Origin: Fidelibacterota bacterium | Lineage (GTDB): Bacteria > Fidelibacterota > Marinisomatia > Marinisomatales > UBA2128 | Direction of reading: 5' to 3' | NCBI GenBank assembly: GCA_046861645.1 | Contig: JBHHUM010000040.1 | Location: 1 to 18,394, forward strand | DNA: 18,394 nt | Part shown: piece by piece, positions 7,781 to 15,785 of the stretch | Layout: each line of letters opens with the position of its first letter | Position numbering within the stretch: the first letter of the stretch is position 1 | Made by a program: the position numbers and the translations under genes | Notes under the pieces: model-generated | The model's input: only the letters and a program-made list of their open reading frames with translations | Database searches by the model: none | Told to the model about the DNA's origin: nothing

Positions 7781-9587
7781 AGTAAATACGGAAAAAATAA
7801 ACATTATTCTCGCTACAGATTGTGGTAGTACCACTACCAAAGCTATTCTCATTCAAAAAGTGGAGGGTGAGTATCGGCAGACCCATCGTGGCGAGGCGCC
7901 AACTACGGTTGAAGAACCGTTTGCGGATGTTACGGTGGGTGTTATCAATTCTGTGACTGAAGTGGCCGAGCTGTCAGGTAGGCGTCTGGTAGACGATGAG
8001 GGAAGGATCATTCAACCCGCCACAGATTCTGAAGGGTGTGATATTTATATCTCCACCTCCAGCGCTGGTGGAGGACTGCAAATGATGGTGGCTGGAGTTA
8101 TCAAGGAGATGACGGCAGCCAGTGCGAAACGTGCTGCCCTGGGTGCTGGAGCAATCGTTATGGATACCATTGCATCTAATGACGGTCGAAAAGCTCACCA
8201 GCGCATTCAACGTATTCGCGAGCTGCGTCCGGATATGATGCTCATCTCTGGTGGAACGGATGGGGGTGATACCAAACATGTTGTGGAAATAGCTGAACTG
8301 GTATCACCTGCTAAACCGAAGCCACGCTTTGGCAAGGAATATCAATTGCCCATTGTTTATGCAGGGAATAATCAAGCAGTCGAAAAGATGGAGAACATTT
8401 TCGATAATGGCTTTGAACTCAAAGTCGTGGATAATCTCCGTCCAGTCTTAGAGAGAGAAAATTTAGGTCCTGCTCGAGATGCCATTCATGATTTATTCCT
8501 GGAGCATGTCATGGCTCATGCACCAGGTTACAATAAACTTATCCAGTGGACGGATGCTCCAATCATGCCCACACCGGGAGCGGTTGGGAATATCCTGCAA
8601 ACTATTGCTACCCGGGAAAAGATTAATGTCGTGGGCGTTGATATTGGCGGTGCTACTACGGATGTTTTCAGTGTATTTAACGGCACCTTCAACCGTACTG
8701 TCAGCGCTAACCTTGGAATGAGTTATTCAATATCTAATGTCTGCTCCGAAGCATCCATGCCCAATATCTTGCGCTGGGTGCATATTGATATGGATGAGCG
8801 GGAACTACGCAACCGTGTAAAGAACAAAATGATACGTCCCACTACCATTCCCCAGACTCTGGAAGCTCTGATATTTGAACATGCAGTCGCCCGGGAAGCT
8901 CTCCGCTTGGCCTATCAGCAACATAAGGAATTTGCCACCACGCTTAAGGGAGTTCAACAGCAGCGAACTGTTGGAGATACCTTCAGTCAGGTGATTAGTG
9001 GACAATCTATCGTAGATAACATGAAATTGAACCTACTGGTAGCCTCTGGAGGGGTATTATCCCACGCTCCCCGCATGCATCAAACGGCTATGTTATTAAT
9101 CGATTCTTTTCAGCCAGAAGGGGTAACAGCATTAGCTAAAGACAGTATTTTCATGATGCCCCACTTGGGTGTTCTGGCACAAGTACATCCTCAGGCTGCA
9201 ACGGAAGTTTTTGAACGGGACTGCCTCATCTACCTCGGTTCTGTTGTGGCTCCCGCTGGTAAATGTAAAGAAGGAAAACCATGCTTCTCCTATAAAATTC
9301 AAGGGTCAACTCTTAATGAGACTGGGGAAATACTTTTCGGGAAAATAAAACTTCTTCCCTTAGGACCAGGGGAAACCGCTACCATTACTATCGAACCGAC
9401 GAAAATATTTGATACTGGTGCAGGCCCAGGGAGAAAAGTTGAAGCAGAAGTAAAAGGTGGTACGGTTGGTCTTTTCTTGGATGGACGCGGTCGTCCTTTC
9501 GATATCCCTAAAGATCACAACCAAAGCAGAAAAATGATGGAAAACTGGATTACAGCGGTTGATCTTTATCATAACAGAGAGGTTTAG
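7773..9587 (+). CDS. GlmL/MutL (glutamate mutase L-like, not DNA-repair MutL) ASKHA actin-fold ATPase with C-terminal extension
   Basis: ILATDCGSTTTK (phosphate 1), SSAGGGLQM, AALGAGA, ISGGTDGG, YAGN, IMPTPGAV, VDIGGATTDVFS (phosphate 2), RTVSANLGM and SGGVLSH (adenosine) motifs match GlmL/OraF-type proteins. Start set at ATG 7773, just before the phosphate-1 strand (604 aa). Confidence 0.85.
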   Translation: MTKVNTEKINIILATDCGSTTTKAILIQKVEGEYRQTHRGEAPTTVEEPFADVTVGVINSVTEVAELSGRRLVDDEGRIIQPATDSEGCDIYISTSSAGGGLQMMVAGVIKEMTAASAKRAALGAGAIVMDTIASNDGRKAHQRIQRIRELRPDMMLISGGTDGGDTKHVVEIAELVSPAKPKPRFGKEYQLPIVYAGNNQAVEKMENIFDNGFELKVVDNLRPVLERENLGPARDAIHDLFLEHVMAHAPGYNKLIQWTDAPIMPTPGAVGNILQTIATREKINVVGVDIGGATTDVFSVFNGTFNRTVSANLGMSYSISNVCSEASMPNILRWVHIDMDERELRNRVKNKMIRPTTIPQTLEALIFEHAVAREALRLAYQQHKEFATTLKGVQQQRTVGDTFSQVISGQSIVDNMKLNLLVASGGVLSHAPRMHQTAMLLIDSFQPEGVTALAKDSIFMMPHLGVLAQVHPQAATEVFERDCLIYLGSVVAPAGKCKEGKPCFSYKIQGSTLNETGEILFGKIKLLPLGPGETATITIEPTKIFDTGAGPGRKVEAEVKGGTVGLFLDGRGRPFDIPKDHNQSRKMMENWITAVDLYHNREV

Positions 9588-9589
9588 GG

Positions 9590-10723
9590 TTGGCACACGC
9601 TTATACACCCGGATTGAAAATTAGTCACCGTGAGATAATTCAGAGGAATAGAACACTTCCTATCAAAGGTAAAGTTTTGGTTTCAGAAGGGGATAGAGTG
9701 GAAGCTCAACAGATCGTAGCGGAGACATTCATGCCGGGGGATATCATTCCCATTAACATTGCCAATAATCTTTCCATGCCACCGGCTGATGTACCTGAAT
9801 GCATGCTCGTCAAGAAAGGTGACCAGGTGTCAGTGGGAGATCCAATTGCCCGTACCAAAGGTATTTTTGGTCTTTTCAAAACTGAGTATAAAAGTAAATA
9901 CGAAGGAACAGTTGAAACCATATCTGATGTCACAGGTCAGATAATTTTACGCGGGGAACCACAACCAGTAAGAGTACTGGCCTTCATACCGGGAAAGATT
10001 GTTAAGGTTTTACCAGAAGAAGGTGTAGTAATCGAAGCTGAAGTAAGTTACATTCAGGGTATATTCGGAATCGGAGGAGAAACATTTGGTACCATCAGAA
10101 TAGCCTGCGATTCTCATTCTGAAGCACTCACAAAAGAAAAAATTTCAGCAGATATGCAAGACCAGGTTATAGTCGGAGGGAGTAGAGTAACTGCCCATGC
10201 CATTTCTAGAGCGGTGGAAGTGGGAGCAGCTGGTGTGGTTTCTGGAGGAATTGATGACGCCGACTTGAAAGAGTTTCTTGGGTATGATCTTGGCGTAGCA
10301 ATCACCGGTACAGAAAAAAAAGGTATTACGCTTATCATTACTGAAGGATTTGGTGATATAGCCATGGCTCAACGCACTTTTGAGCTCCTGAAATCACGTG
10401 AAGGGGCTAACGCATCTATCAACGGAGCTACACAGATAAGAGCGGGGGTTATCCGGCCGGTCATTGCTATTCCTGTGGATAGCACCGTATCACATGAGCC
10501 TACTGCCGTTAGTCAAAGGGAAGGAATTCTTGAAGTTGGTTGTTCTGTACGGATCATTCGTGATCCTTATTTTGGTATGTTAGGCAGGGTAAAAAATCTT
10601 CCTTATGAACCCCAGAAATTAGGATCCGGCTCAAAAGCCAGAGTTTTAGAAGTTGAGCTGTCCTCTGGAGATATTGTTACTGTTCCCCGGGCCAATGTTG
10701 AATTGATTGAGGGGGACGATTGA
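9590..10723 (+). CDS. Hypothetical soluble protein: barrel-sandwich-hybrid repeats, alpha/beta core, C-terminal KOW/SH3-like domain
   Basis: GKVLVSEGDRVEAQQIVA and LVKKGDQVSVGDPIA...SKYEGTVETI resemble biotinyl/lipoyl-like hybrid domains; VGCSVRIIRDPYFGMLGRV is KOW-like. TTG start with GAGAGGT RBS, 2 bp after the upstream stop. Confidence 0.75.
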   Translation: MAHAYTPGLKISHREIIQRNRTLPIKGKVLVSEGDRVEAQQIVAETFMPGDIIPINIANNLSMPPADVPECMLVKKGDQVSVGDPIARTKGIFGLFKTEYKSKYEGTVETISDVTGQIILRGEPQPVRVLAFIPGKIVKVLPEEGVVIEAEVSYIQGIFGIGGETFGTIRIACDSHSEALTKEKISADMQDQVIVGGSRVTAHAISRAVEVGAAGVVSGGIDDADLKEFLGYDLGVAITGTEKKGITLIITEGFGDIAMAQRTFELLKSREGANASINGATQIRAGVIRPVIAIPVDSTVSHEPTAVSQREGILEVGCSVRIIRDPYFGMLGRVKNLPYEPQKLGSGSKARVLEVELSSGDIVTVPRANVELIEGDD

Positions 10724-12102
10724 TGCGACATTGGGCTTCCCAGATAGCTTTTTTCTTCACCCTGACAACTGTTGTTCTTACTCAAGATTTTGATGGTAAA
10801 CTGAAGGTTATGGTTGAGGATCACAGTTGGGATGGTGGTGATAAAATGGATTTATCATGGATATTAACAGATGATAAAGTCGGGAAAGTGGTTTCTTATA
10901 AAATTTATCGTTCCAATACAGATGAAGAGATCGAAGCAATCATCAATGAAGAAAAATCTAAAGCAATCAAATCTGCAAAAGAGGAGGTTACGGAGCAACT
11001 TTTTACTTTAGCCGAGAAGAATGGTGTTCCCAAGGATGATAAAGGATTATTAAGGAAGATACGGGAGGAGAGAAAAAAAGCATCCGAAAAGGCTACACAA
11101 AATTTTATTGAACAGGAAGCTGATCTACGCGAGCAATCCAAATTCAGGTTCCTCACCGTTGGTATTAAGGGCCAGACTGCTCTGACAGTTGAGAAACTTG
11201 ATGATAACACTGAGTACTTTTTCAAGGTTGCAGCCTTAGATGAACATGGTCATGTACTGCTAGCGGATACGACTGATCGCTCCTTAAGTCCTGTCAAACA
11301 AAATTTTGATGGATCACGATTCTATCTTAGTATTATCACGTTTATACTTTGTTTCTCGGTTGTATCTTTCATACAGATAGCTAGAAAAGGCACTTCTTTA
11401 AAAGTTCGCAAAATAGCTGGTTTGGAGGCAGTTGACGAAGCAGTAGGAAGAGCCACTGAAATGGGGCGTTCTATTCTCTTCATACCCGGTATTCAAGATA
11501 TGAACGAAATTCAAACAATCGCCGGGTTAACGGTACTTTCTCGTGTCGCTGAGACGGCAGCTAATTATGATGCTAAACTGGAAGTACCCACCAGCCGTTC
11601 ACTGGTAATGACTACGGCTCGGGAGACCGTTCAGGCGTCCTTCCTCGCTGCTGGTCGACCTGAATCCTATAACCAGGATTTGATTTACTATGTTACCGAT
11701 GAGCAGTTTGGGTATGTAGCTTATCTTTCCGGAATGATGGTAAGAGAGAAACCGGCAGCCTGCTTTTATATGGGGGCATTTTTCGCTGAATCATTGATTC
11801 TGGCTGAGACGGGTAATTCTATAGGAGCCATACAGGTAGCGGGTACAGCCATGCCCGCCCAATTACCCTTCTTTGTGGCTGCATGTGATTATACTCTCAT
11901 CGGAGAAGAGTTCTTTGCAGCGTCTGCTTATCTTTCCGGTGAACCAGATCAGTTGGGAAGTTTGAAAGGTCAGGATGTGGGTAAGGTTATTGTTGCTGCT
12001 GGTATGTTTATTGGGATCACATTGGCAACAATTGGAGCCATTACTCAATCTGAAGCTATCATGAAAGCCCTCGATTTCATCAAGAGTACAGTGCTGGGTT
12101 AA
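10723..12102 (+). CDS. Membrane protein: signal peptide, fibronectin type III domain, TM, DUF6754-like alpha/beta domain, TM
   Basis: Fn3 motifs DLSW, YKIYRS and LDDNTEYFFKVAA; after the TM, RKIAGLEAVDEAVGRATEMGR ... QVAGTA ... QLPFFVAACDYTLIGEEFFAASAYL, recognised as DUF6754-like. TGATG coupling to the upstream stop gives ATG 10723. Confidence 0.75.
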   Translation: MRHWASQIAFFFTLTTVVLTQDFDGKLKVMVEDHSWDGGDKMDLSWILTDDKVGKVVSYKIYRSNTDEEIEAIINEEKSKAIKSAKEEVTEQLFTLAEKNGVPKDDKGLLRKIREERKKASEKATQNFIEQEADLREQSKFRFLTVGIKGQTALTVEKLDDNTEYFFKVAALDEHGHVLLADTTDRSLSPVKQNFDGSRFYLSIITFILCFSVVSFIQIARKGTSLKVRKIAGLEAVDEAVGRATEMGRSILFIPGIQDMNEIQTIAGLTVLSRVAETAANYDAKLEVPTSRSLVMTTARETVQASFLAAGRPESYNQDLIYYVTDEQFGYVAYLSGMMVREKPAACFYMGAFFAESLILAETGNSIGAIQVAGTAMPAQLPFFVAACDYTLIGEEFFAASAYLSGEPDQLGSLKGQDVGKVIVAAGMFIGITLATIGAITQSEAIMKALDFIKSTVLG

Positions 12103-12116
12103 GGAGTAAGGCTTAA

Positions 12117-12815
12117 ATGAAACGAACAATTCCCCTGATGATTACAGCCCTGGGAGGTTTCGTCCTCATCATAGCCTATTTTATACCCGCCACACAAGGG
12201 TGGGGAGAGACCGTTTCCATCTGGTTTGATGTACTGGCCTCTATTGCTTTCATCCTCGGAGGCGGAAACCTGTTGAAAATCCATCTGAAAAAAGTATCTG
12301 ACAAGCAGGCTGGTTGGGGCTTCTCATTGGTCACTGTAATATCATTCATTATTATGCTTTTCGTTGGTCTTTCCAAGATGGGTGTTCATCCCAGCACTAA
12401 TTTCCCCAACTTCGCCTGGTCGGGAAGCTATCGTGAGCTGGGTAGTCCCTTCTGGTGGTTGTATGAATATGCTTTTAAGCCGTTAACCGCTACCATGTTT
12501 GCTATGTTAGCATTTTATGTAGCCTCAGCGGCGTTTAGAGCTTTTCGAGCCAAGAATATCGAGGCTATCCTTTTATTGGGGACAGCATTTATCATCCTTT
12601 TAGGTCGTACCTTTGCAGGAGTATATTTGACCAGCTGGCTACCTGATTCTCTGAGCGGCTTGAGAATTGAGAACTTGACGGTTATCATTATGCAAGTATT
12701 TAATACTGCTGGTAACCGGGCAATTATGATTGGTATTGCTCTTGGAATCGCATCCACTTCATTAAAGGTTTTACTAGGTGTAGATCGATCTTACCTGGGA
12801 GGTGGAGAGGATTGA
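12117..12815 (+). CDS. Uncharacterised polytopic membrane protein (about 6 TM)
   Basis: About six hydrophobic segments; AAGGAG RBS at 12101-12106; motif ATMFAMLAFYVASAAFRAFR. Confidence 0.8.
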   Translation: MKRTIPLMITALGGFVLIIAYFIPATQGWGETVSIWFDVLASIAFILGGGNLLKIHLKKVSDKQAGWGFSLVTVISFIIMLFVGLSKMGVHPSTNFPNFAWSGSYRELGSPFWWLYEYAFKPLTATMFAMLAFYVASAAFRAFRAKNIEAILLLGTAFIILLGRTFAGVYLTSWLPDSLSGLRIENLTVIIMQVFNTAGNRAIMIGIALGIASTSLKVLLGVDRSYLGGGED

Positions 12816-12817
12816 TC

Positions 12818-13699
12818 ATGTTTGAAAAATTAAAGAACATTGATCGCCGCTGGATTTTTCTGATGATGTTATTATCAGTTTCAATTCCTATAATCGTCAT
12901 CGGTTTGACAGGTCAATCTTTCCCTGAAACCCCTACTCAGCTAGCTTATTCAACTTTCAACGCTATTGAAGATTTGAATCCGGGTGATAAAGTTTTACTG
13001 TCTTTCGATTTTGATCCCGCTAGCGAAGGTGAGTTAGGACCCATGGCTACAGCATTTACTTACCATTGTGCTGCCAAAGGACTCAAAATGTACTTCATGG
13101 CTCTATGGCCCGTGGGTCCACAAATGATCGATAACGCTATTGAAAAAGTTATTAAAAAAGATTTTCCCAATTTGGTTTACGGTAAAGATTATGTCAATCT
13201 TGGTTATAAATCAGGTAATGAAGGAGTGATTAAGGTTATAATAACTGATTTCAGGGAATTATACACCACCGATTCCCGAGGGAGTACATTCGATGATATT
13301 CCCATGTGTCAGGAAGTTTCCAGTGTTCGTGATATGGACTTGATCATTAACATCAGCGCTGGTTATGCTGGTACCAAGGAGTGGGTACAGTACGCAGTAA
13401 CACCTTATCCTGAAGAAGTCACCCTTGTAGCTGGATGTACTGGTGTCCAGGCACCATTATTGTATCCTTATATACCTGACCAGCTACCGGGGCTTCTTGG
13501 AGCCATTAAAGGAGCAGCAGAATACGAAAAACTGGTCTTTGATAGATATTATCGTGAGAAAGGCCTTGAAGTACCCGGGATGTATCAGGAAGGTGTCCGT
13601 CGCATGGGTCCACAGTTGGTTGCTCACCTTTTGATGATACTCTTAATTATTGCAGGGAATGTCATTTTCTTTATCGAAAGGAAAAGAGGTACATTGTAA
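12818..13699 (+). CDS. Uncharacterised membrane protein: TM, extracytoplasmic alpha/beta domain, TM
   Basis: GGAGAGG RBS before ATG 12818. Basic N-terminus (KLKNIDRR) and C-terminus (ERKR) flank two TMs enclosing a ~230-aa soluble domain. Confidence 0.8.
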   Translation: MFEKLKNIDRRWIFLMMLLSVSIPIIVIGLTGQSFPETPTQLAYSTFNAIEDLNPGDKVLLSFDFDPASEGELGPMATAFTYHCAAKGLKMYFMALWPVGPQMIDNAIEKVIKKDFPNLVYGKDYVNLGYKSGNEGVIKVIITDFRELYTTDSRGSTFDDIPMCQEVSSVRDMDLIINISAGYAGTKEWVQYAVTPYPEEVTLVAGCTGVQAPLLYPYIPDQLPGLLGAIKGAAEYEKLVFDRYYREKGLEVPGMYQEGVRRMGPQLVAHLLMILLIIAGNVIFFIERKRGTL

Positions 13700-14688
13700 T
13701 GGATCGCCAAAAAATGATATGGAGTATTGTTTTTGCTTTTGGTGTCCTGGCTCTTATTGGAAATGCCGCCTTTCGAGATGCTGGCTCTGTTTACGTAAAG
13801 AAAATTGACCATGAATTCGCTCAAGTGGAAGCCGAGAAATGGGTAAATGTTAAAAGCGATGAGGCTCTGGATTATGATCTGGAAGGGAAAGAGCGTATTA
13901 AATGGTCATCGGAAGAATTGGCAAGTTATAGAGACTACCTGAAAGCTATCCGTAATAATGCGGATCAAAGGGAATATTCATTTAGTTCTTCTAGAACCTT
14001 TGGTGTTTGGGTTGCTGCTCTTTTTACACTGTTTATTATGTCGTTTCTTTTCAAGGATAATCCCTTTTATAAATTTGCTGAGTCAGTCGTTGTGGGAGTT
14101 TCTGCCGCTTATTGGATGGTAGTCGGCTTCTGGGAAGTGATCGTGCCCAATTTAATTGGAAAGCTATGGCCCACTATAGTAAAAAATTGGGCGATGCCTG
14201 GGTTGGATGCCACCGCAGAATTGACCTATTTGGTACCCTTGATTTTAGGTATTATGCTACTCTGGAGATTGGCACCTAAAGGAACCTGGATTAGTCGTTG
14301 GCCTTTGGCTTTTATCATTGGTACCACAGCGGGGATACGTCTTATAGGTTTCATACATGCCGATTTCCTCAGCCAGATTAGGAATAGCATCATCCCACTG
14401 GTAGTCATGGAAAATGGTTCTTTCATGTTTTGGGATTCTTTCCTCAATTTGATCCTTGTTATCGGTGTGTTAACTGCAATTGTCTATTTCTTCTTCTCCA
14501 TAGAACATAAGGGAATAGTAGGCAAGACTGCCAACGTTGGTATCTGGTTTCTGATGATAACCTTTGGCGCTGCCTTTGGATATACAGTTATGGGTCGTAT
14601 TGCTCTCTTGGCTATCCGCTTGGAATTTCTCTTTGATGATTGGCTCTGGATCATCGATCCTACCATGAATCGTATCACTGGCATGTGA
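13699..14688 (+). CDS. Uncharacterised polytopic membrane protein (about 7-8 TM)
   Basis: TAATG coupling to the upstream stop; N-terminal TM, charged loop, then a multi-TM core with KDNPFYKFAESVVVGVSAAY and FLMITFGAAFGYTVMGR. Confidence 0.8.
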   Translation: MDRQKMIWSIVFAFGVLALIGNAAFRDAGSVYVKKIDHEFAQVEAEKWVNVKSDEALDYDLEGKERIKWSSEELASYRDYLKAIRNNADQREYSFSSSRTFGVWVAALFTLFIMSFLFKDNPFYKFAESVVVGVSAAYWMVVGFWEVIVPNLIGKLWPTIVKNWAMPGLDATAELTYLVPLILGIMLLWRLAPKGTWISRWPLAFIIGTTAGIRLIGFIHADFLSQIRNSIIPLVVMENGSFMFWDSFLNLILVIGVLTAIVYFFFSIEHKGIVGKTANVGIWFLMITFGAAFGYTVMGRIALLAIRLEFLFDDWLWIIDPTMNRITGM

Positions 14689-14716
14689 TCGTTAGCTTTT
14701 GCTGACGTCTTGAGAA

Positions 14717-15673
14717 CTGGCCCTTCTCGAAGTAAATTCGCTTAGTCTTTCCCTACAAAGAAATAGAGATGTTATTCCCATCGTGGATGATCTCTCTTTG
14801 TTAATATCCACTAGTGATTCTGTAGCGCTGGTAGGAGAATCAGGTTGTGGAAAAAGTCTAACCGCACTAGCCATCCTTCACCTCCTTGATGGCACAGGAA
14901 TTAAGGTTACAGGAAATGTTTTATGGAGGGGTAAAGAGGTTTATCAATTATCTTCTAAAGAATTACACCAATACCGCGGGGGGGAGGTGGCTATTATATT
15001 TCAGGAACCCATGACTGCTCTCAATCCTGTCATTCGTTGTGGTAAGCAAATTAAGGAAGTTCTGAAAATTCATAATTATGGTAATGACGATAATACTGGA
15101 AGAGTTATGGATCTTCTGCAGCGAGTTCGGTTGCCAGATCCTGCTGAAGTTTACAAAAGCTATCCTCACGAACTGAGCGGTGGAATGCGCCAGAGAGTGT
15201 TGATTGCTATGGCCATCGCTGGTAATCCTAAACTTCTCATCGCCGATGAGCCAACTACCGCTCTGGACGTTACGGTTCAGAGCCAGATCATTGATCTTCT
15301 TTTCGATCTTCAGAAGGATAACGATATGAGTGTCCTCTTTATTACTCACGATCTTTCTATTGTCGATGCTATTGCCGAAAGATTAGTAATTATGTACGCT
15401 GGCCAGATAGTTGAGGAGGGAAAGGCTCAGAGTGTTTTGAATAATCCTCTACACCCTTATACCAGGGCCCTATTAAAGTGCGCACCCAGCCTGGAGGAAA
15501 AGAAGCGTAAATTGAGCACTATCCCTGGCTCCGTTCCTCAACCGGGTGAATATCCGTCTGGCTGCAGGTTTCATCCCCGGTGTGATATTACATATGAAGA
15601 GTGCATAAAATTAGAACCTACTCTTGATAGAATAACTGATCGAGATGTGCGTTGTCCTTACGCTATTAAGTAG
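14717..15673 (+). CDS. oppD: Oligopeptide/dipeptide ABC transporter ATP-binding protein (OppD/DppD family)
   Basis: Walker A GESGCGKS, Q-loop IFQEPMTALNP, signature YPHELSGGMRQR, Walker B LLIADEPTTALD, H-loop ITHDL and C-terminal HPYT...GCRFHPRC domain. The frame is open upstream of GTG 14783 to CTG 14717, restoring the typical (M)ALLEVNSL N-terminus. Confidence 0.88.
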   Translation: MALLEVNSLSLSLQRNRDVIPIVDDLSLLISTSDSVALVGESGCGKSLTALAILHLLDGTGIKVTGNVLWRGKEVYQLSSKELHQYRGGEVAIIFQEPMTALNPVIRCGKQIKEVLKIHNYGNDDNTGRVMDLLQRVRLPDPAEVYKSYPHELSGGMRQRVLIAMAIAGNPKLLIADEPTTALDVTVQSQIIDLLFDLQKDNDMSVLFITHDLSIVDAIAERLVIMYAGQIVEEGKAQSVLNNPLHPYTRALLKCAPSLEEKKRKLSTIPGSVPQPGEYPSGCRFHPRCDITYEECIKLEPTLDRITDRDVRCPYAIK

Positions 15674-15774
15674 ACATTTTAATCGTAAGTATGGAAATTA
15701 TTTCATGACTCATGATTTATTCAGGTTGATACTATAAGTTCAAATTCCAATGTGGAATAAATGTAGAAAATATT

Positions 15775-15783
15775 TGTTATAAT
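15775..15783 (+). promoter_or_regulatory. Extended -10 promoter element for the abiE operon
   Basis: TGTTATAAT (TGn + perfect TATAAT at 15778-15783), 47 bp upstream of ATG 15831. Confidence 0.6.
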
Positions 15784-15785
15784 AC

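Noticed and set aside
7773..9587. DNA mismatch-repair MutL or a glutamate fermentation operon
   Set aside because: Motifs are actin/ASKHA-type, not GHKL, and no glutamate mutase S/E or methylaspartate ammonia-lyase genes are in the window.
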